This document shows positions 59,520 to 64,000 of a DNA stretch of 64,000 nt, piece after piece; within the stretch, counting starts at the first letter, position 1; every line of letters starts with the position of its first letter. The notes beneath the pieces were generated by a model. It was not told the DNA's origin. It did no database searches and saw only the letters and a list, made by a program, of their open reading frames with translations. Location: the IMG/VR virus record IMGVR_UViG_3300014590_000001, positions 1 through 64,000 of that record; one strand, written 5' to 3'. A program made the translations under genes and the position numbers. Source of the stretch: a virus (Duplodnaviria > Caudoviricetes).

Positions 59520-60152
59520 ATGCCACTTTTAAAAGTTGACGTTGGCATGATTGCTGCTCAAGGAGCTTCAGACAATACGCCTATCCGCGCAGGGCAAGGC
59601 GTTCTGCAAGTAAGTGCTGATGAATCTGGAGTTCCTTCAGAAATCACCGATGAATCTAGTTATGATGAAACTTCCGGAATTTTAACTTTACGTTTTGAAA
59701 ACGGAAGTTCTGTTTCAATAAAAGGTTTTCCAACTGCCTCAAGTATTCCTGCTGGACGACAAGGGCCACGCGGAGAAACTGGTGCTGATGGAAAAGATGG
59801 GCGCGATGGGCGCGATGGTGCGCAAGGTGGGATCGGTTGTACAGGGCCAGTAGGGCCAGATGGCGATGACGGAAACCCAGGAAAAGATGGACGCGATGGA
59901 AACCCAGGAATTCCTGGAGAAATCGGACCAACTGGCGCAACTGGACCAACTGGAAATCCGGGGCCAACTGGTGCAATGGGAAAACCGGGACCAACTGGTG
60001 CAACTGGAAAAACTGGACCAACTGGCCCGACTGGTCCAGAAGGCCCGTCAGGAAAACTTGCAATCGTTGTGAGTTCAACACAGCCAGCGGGAATGGCAGC
60101 GGGAACACTTTGGGTAAACCCTTCTATCGATCAAGCTGCAACGTGGCCGTAA
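59520..60152 (+). CDS. Collagen-like fibre protein 2
   Basis: Long Gly-X-Y run; C-terminal 'QP....GTLWV'. Confidence 0.85.
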   Translation: MPLLKVDVGMIAAQGASDNTPIRAGQGVLQVSADESGVPSEITDESSYDETSGILTLRFENGSSVSIKGFPTASSIPAGRQGPRGETGADGKDGRDGRDGAQGGIGCTGPVGPDGDDGNPGKDGRDGNPGIPGEIGPTGATGPTGNPGPTGAMGKPGPTGATGKTGPTGPTGPEGPSGKLAIVVSSTQPAGMAAGTLWVNPSIDQAATWP

Positions 60153-60162
60153 GGAAAAGATC

Positions 60163-60651
60163 ATGGTACAAAAAGTTGATATTGATCTGATCAAAGCTGA
60201 TAGTTCTGGTCAGGTTATTTCTGAAGGTGGTTCTCTTGCAGTTAAAACTGTTGACGATAATTCACTGTCCGGAAATTTTGATCGTTTATCTGGTACACTC
60301 GTAATTAATATTCCGAACGTTGGAAAACTTCAAGTTTCTGGATTCACAACGGTAAACGATATCGGTTTAGGGCCACGCGGTGAAGAAGGTGAAGATGGTC
60401 GCGATGGTATCGACGGTTTATCTGGATCTGATGGTGGTCGTGGTGCTGATGGTTGTATTGGCCCTCGCGGTAACGAAGGTTTGCCTGGGAAAGTTGGTGT
60501 GCGTGGCCCTCGCGGCGCAATTGGCCCAACTGGAAATACGGGCAACACCGGCCCCGCAGGAAAAGATGGAGTGATGGCTGTATTTATTCAAGCCGTCGAT
60601 CCGGCGCTTGAAAGAGAGTTATTGCCGGGGACTATCTGGGTCCGGGCATAA
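60163..60651 (+). CDS. Collagen-like fibre protein 3
   Basis: Gly-X-Y run; C-terminal 'DP......PGTIWV'. Confidence 0.85.
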   Translation: MVQKVDIDLIKADSSGQVISEGGSLAVKTVDDNSLSGNFDRLSGTLVINIPNVGKLQVSGFTTVNDIGLGPRGEEGEDGRDGIDGLSGSDGGRGADGCIGPRGNEGLPGKVGVRGPRGAIGPTGNTGNTGPAGKDGVMAVFIQAVDPALERELLPGTIWVRA

Positions 60652-60660
60652 TTTATTTTT

Positions 60661-60711
60661 CTGGTACGGTTTGGGTTAATCTTAATAATTTTAACCCATA
60701 CTGTACTGGAG
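60661..60711 (+). promoter_or_regulatory. RBS-sequestering hairpin with promoter-like TAATTT in its loop
   Basis: 60661-70/60700-09 and 60672-79/60691-98 pair; the GGAG RBS at 60708-11 is partly in the stem. Confidence 0.6.
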
Positions 60712-60717
60712 AAATAT

Positions 60718-61590
60718 ATGAGACTACAAGCATCCGAAGCATTTGTTCGTGCGCAGAAGATTCGTTCCGATTGGGACAAAAAGAAATTCAAAACCAAAAC
60801 TGAACTGGCGAAGCACTATGAAATCTCTGTTCAATATGTGACAAAGATTTTAAATGGGCTTAAATGCAAAGACATTGCGCCGCCAAAAGGTAACTATAAG
60901 GATGTAGAATTGTTTGGTGTGCGATATGCGATTTATTCTGATGGTCGTGTTTGGTCGTACACCAAAAACTTTTTATTAACGTTTACTCGTCGCGCTGATG
61001 ATTATGCGCGTTTCTTTGTTGAGCGTGGCGACGGTACTCGTCAAAAGATTAAGGTTCATCAAATTGTTATGCAGTGTTTCGGCAAGCCCCGTCCTAAAGG
61101 TGCTACGCTGATTCGACATTTGGACGATGATCCGTACAATAACGATATTTCAAATCTTGCGTGGGGCAATGATAAGTCCAACATGCAGGACAAAATTCGA
61201 AATGAAAACGGAATGTATGGAGAATCTCTATCCACTGCAAAACTGAACCGCAGACAGGTGCGTGAGTTTATGTTGTCCTATGACGGTTCCTGCAAACTTC
61301 GAACTCATATTGATTCGTTTATTGAGAAACATGCGCTCAATATTTCAGTGCGTGTTATGCAGGGGATTGCGCGAGGACAAGGCTGGAAGTTTTTAAATCT
61401 ACCTGCAATAACTTGCGGAGAAAACAATACTGGATTCGAGTCTTTCATGATTAAATCCGTCCGTGAAAAGTTTAAGTCTCATGGAAAAGAATATGAATCT
61501 AAAAACGCTTTCGCAAAAGCAGTCGCGAAATCAATCGCAAAGAAAATCGGAAGACCTGTCTACTGGAAATCCGTCCTTGCTTGTTTGTGA
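60718..61590 (+). mobile_element. Free-standing HNH homing endonuclease with HTH-like DNA-binding domains
   Basis: 'YSDGRVWS', 'KVHQIV..CFG..P', 'IRHLDDDPYNN.ISNLAWG...NMQD'; N-terminal 'TELAKHYEIS..YV.KI..G'. Confidence 0.85.
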
Positions 61591-61603
61591 GGGGGATTAA
61601 TTT

Positions 61604-63619
61604 ATGGCACGTTTTCGCGTAAGAAATTTAGCGAACAACGGCTGGTACGATTGCGTTGACACGCCAATGTTTATTCGAACAAAGGATAAAACGTGGCAAC
61701 CATTAACCGCCGATATTTTTTCTGTTCGCGGATTGCATGGGAAACGCTGGTACGATATCGACGCCAATTATGATCCTGATTTCGATGATCCTTGTATTAA
61801 TCAGGAAGTCGGAAATTGTGGTGGTAGTCCAACTTCCACAACAAAAGGTTCTGGTACTGGTGACGGTTCGCGTGGCCCTAAATATGATCCGTTAAAAGGT
61901 TATCCTGCTGGTTATGATTTACCTGATGCAATGCGCACAGGTTTCGGCGTAGGAATCGGAAATGTTCCTCCAACTTCTCGCTACATAACGCGCCCAGGAA
62001 TTCGAACAATCGAAAGTTATGATCCTACTGGCCTTGCATCAAAAGCTGGTTTGGGAACATGGACTAACCCTAACGTTCCGTGGGCGAGTGTTCACGCTCG
62101 CGGAGCGCAAATCACCGAAACAATTTACGCAATTCCAAAACAAGAAGGTTATGTTGAAATAACTTTCGCAAGCTATCACGCGGATGGACTTAGCGTTGAC
62201 GTTTACTCTGAAGGTCTTAGAGTTGCATCAACGTGCGGTAAAGTTGGTGGTCGCGGTCGAATTAAATTCCTGAACGATCCTGAAGCTGATGATATGCGAA
62301 TCATGATTCGTGTTCGTACAACTCAAGGCGCAAACTGGAGTCTGCAAGTAATTCCTCCGAAACTTAATGCGACAAGTGACCGTGCAAACTTAGCGCTAGA
62401 TCTGCAAGCGTCATATGACGTTCTTACTTATCCAGATGTTATTATTCCGGATTACATTGGCACTCCAATTTTCCCTGCACCGTGTCACGCAACTGTTTGG
62501 CCTATCGCGAATCGAATTTTAGATAGCGATGCGTTTGAATATTATCACTACATTGGAAACAATGCTGGATGGACTTATTTGGACTTTACATCGTGGGATA
62601 ACTTAGATTACATCGAGGTTTATCACGCAGGTCGAAGAATTGCGGGAACACAAGAAGCGAAAACCGGACAAGGTTATTTGTATTTCTATTACGATCCAAC
62701 TGGAACAACAAACTACGATCTTATGGTTCGTGTTGTTGCGAAAGATTTCGGAAAGAATGCAAGTCTGAACAGTTTCTATTATTCGCTGTACTGCCCGAAC
62801 GAGCGTGGTGCGCGTGAATATCGCTTCCCTTGTCAATCTGATTGGACTGTTAGCGCAGGGCACCCAACTACAGAAGATAATTTTTCGTTAGGTATCCAGC
62901 CAGATCAACGAGCCGTTCTTGTTCAGGTTAACGCAGGAAGTTTTGACACGAAGTTTGAAGTGTTTGATGAAAACATGAATCTTCTGGATACAGAAAATCT
63001 TCTTGCCGGACAAACTGGCACACTGGAGTTCTGGAAAGAAACTACGCACACGTTGCGCTCGAATATTACAGTGCGAGCGACGAGCGGTATTGGTTGCGAT
63101 TGGTCTTATTTTGTTTGGTGTCCAATTCAGCCTCCGCACTTAAACGTGCAAGATTATTCTGTTCCGTATAACTGTTTGGCAATTGGTGATAGTCCTTCTG
63201 AAGCAAACTGGACAATGACTAAAGGTGTTCTGCGTTATTGGGGCAACGTTGACCACACAGTTAATTTGAATTTCCGTATCGCAACTGATGACGGAAACCG
63301 ATACACAGGTTCAGGAAAAGGTTCTGCGTTAACTCCTGCCGTTGCTGCTACTGGCGGTTACTTCCAGAAAACCAACGAAACAAAACACGGAGACTTGCAC
63401 GGAAACTTGGAATATGAGCCGTGGCCTACTTCAATCGGAAACCGTACAATTAAAAATGTTCAAACAACATTTACTTGGACAGGAACGATTTATCAAGCGT
63501 CATTAGTTCAGCTTCCTTCTGCTGCAAATGGATGGATTGGAGTCGTTCAAATTTATACTCCACAGGACGATGAACAATACGTTGATTTGCGAGTTAACGT
63601 AACAGTCACATACGGGTAA
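61604..63619 (+). CDS. Virion structural/fibre-associated protein with repeated beta-sandwich units
   Basis: Three similar units ('Y.E..F.S....D...VY..G.R.A.T....G.G...F..DP....MVRV'). Confidence 0.55.
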   Translation: MARFRVRNLANNGWYDCVDTPMFIRTKDKTWQPLTADIFSVRGLHGKRWYDIDANYDPDFDDPCINQEVGNCGGSPTSTTKGSGTGDGSRGPKYDPLKGYPAGYDLPDAMRTGFGVGIGNVPPTSRYITRPGIRTIESYDPTGLASKAGLGTWTNPNVPWASVHARGAQITETIYAIPKQEGYVEITFASYHADGLSVDVYSEGLRVASTCGKVGGRGRIKFLNDPEADDMRIMIRVRTTQGANWSLQVIPPKLNATSDRANLALDLQASYDVLTYPDVIIPDYIGTPIFPAPCHATVWPIANRILDSDAFEYYHYIGNNAGWTYLDFTSWDNLDYIEVYHAGRRIAGTQEAKTGQGYLYFYYDPTGTTNYDLMVRVVAKDFGKNASLNSFYYSLYCPNERGAREYRFPCQSDWTVSAGHPTTEDNFSLGIQPDQRAVLVQVNAGSFDTKFEVFDENMNLLDTENLLAGQTGTLEFWKETTHTLRSNITVRATSGIGCDWSYFVWCPIQPPHLNVQDYSVPYNCLAIGDSPSEANWTMTKGVLRYWGNVDHTVNLNFRIATDDGNRYTGSGKGSALTPAVAATGGYFQKTNETKHGDLHGNLEYEPWPTSIGNRTIKNVQTTFTWTGTIYQASLVQLPSAANGWIGVVQIYTPQDDEQYVDLRVNVTVTYG

Positions 63620-63627
63620 AAATAAAA

Positions 63628-64000
63628 ATGATCAAGCGGAGTTGTTTATATCTGCGAGGTCTTACTTTCGGGTATTCGGGTGGTGGTGGCCCCAATACCC
63701 GTAGTTGGGCTGACGCAAACATGCCAGAAGATCGCGGAACGATGACCGGAATTGCAATTGACGGACACGCTTCTGGATTTATTTGCGGCTATGGCGGCGC
63801 GTTCATGAATGGCGCGTTTCTTACTCCATATTCTTTTGATGTAAATCCTAATGGTGGTTGGTTAGGTGATTATTCAAAAGATAATGTGAACAGCATTACC
63901 GGAATGTTGCGTCAACTTCTCGTGATGATGGGAATGGGCGCAAACTTCACTCACGGAAAATCTATTCTGCTCATGAGTGATGGTGCGTCAGTAACAGATC
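63628..64000 (+). CDS. Hypothetical protein, 3'-truncated by window edge
   Basis: ATG at 63628, frame open to the end of the window; true start uncertain (no clear RBS). Confidence 0.45.
   Translation, partial: MIKRSCLYLRGLTFGYSGGGGPNTRSWADANMPEDRGTMTGIAIDGHASGFICGYGGAFMNGAFLTPYSFDVNPNGGWLGDYSKDNVNSITGMLRQLLVMMGMGANFTHGKSILLMSDGASVTD

Noticed and set aside
60652-61603. Group I intron housing the HNH gene
   Set aside because: Flanks are only 66 and 13 nt and both neighbouring genes appear intact, so the endonuclease is free-standing.

Overview
A 64-kb slice of a large lytic myovirus (jumbo-phage) genome. Essentially every credible gene is on the + strand. It covers virion morphogenesis: two tail-sheath paralogs, tube and tube-like proteins, a prohead protease/scaffold/major capsid module, a tape-measure-like protein with a muramidase-type domain, T4/T6SS-like baseplate parts (hub, spike, PAAR, gp25-, gp6- and gp7-like), Ig-repeat fibres and three collagen-like fibres. 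Interspersed are an NAD+-dependent DNA ligase, a GT2-TPR glycosyltransferase, two ADP-ribosyltransferase-like paralogs, Nudix, MmcB-like, thymidylate kinase, PC4-like and free-standing HNH genes. Gene order and content resemble my recollection of the 'hairy' jumbo myoviruses (Erwinia Y3/Yoloswag, Dickeya JA11/AD1, Pseudomonas PaBG/Lu11); this is inference, not a search result. The stand-out feature is a mostly non-coding island at 46.1-48.3 kb. It holds three tandem, sequence-diverged but structurally conserved pseudoknotted RNA units and a switch-like leader that can occlude the RBS of an Acb2/Tad1-like signal-sponge gene. A second ~470-nt highly structured RNA follows, behind the same candidate promoter motif. 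Also notable: a recurrent S-x-S motif (candidate prohead-protease site), including one at the N-terminus of the DNA ligase, a small module shared by four probable head proteins, and an RBS-sequestering hairpin on the HNH gene. All structures were read by eye; no folding or database searches were run.
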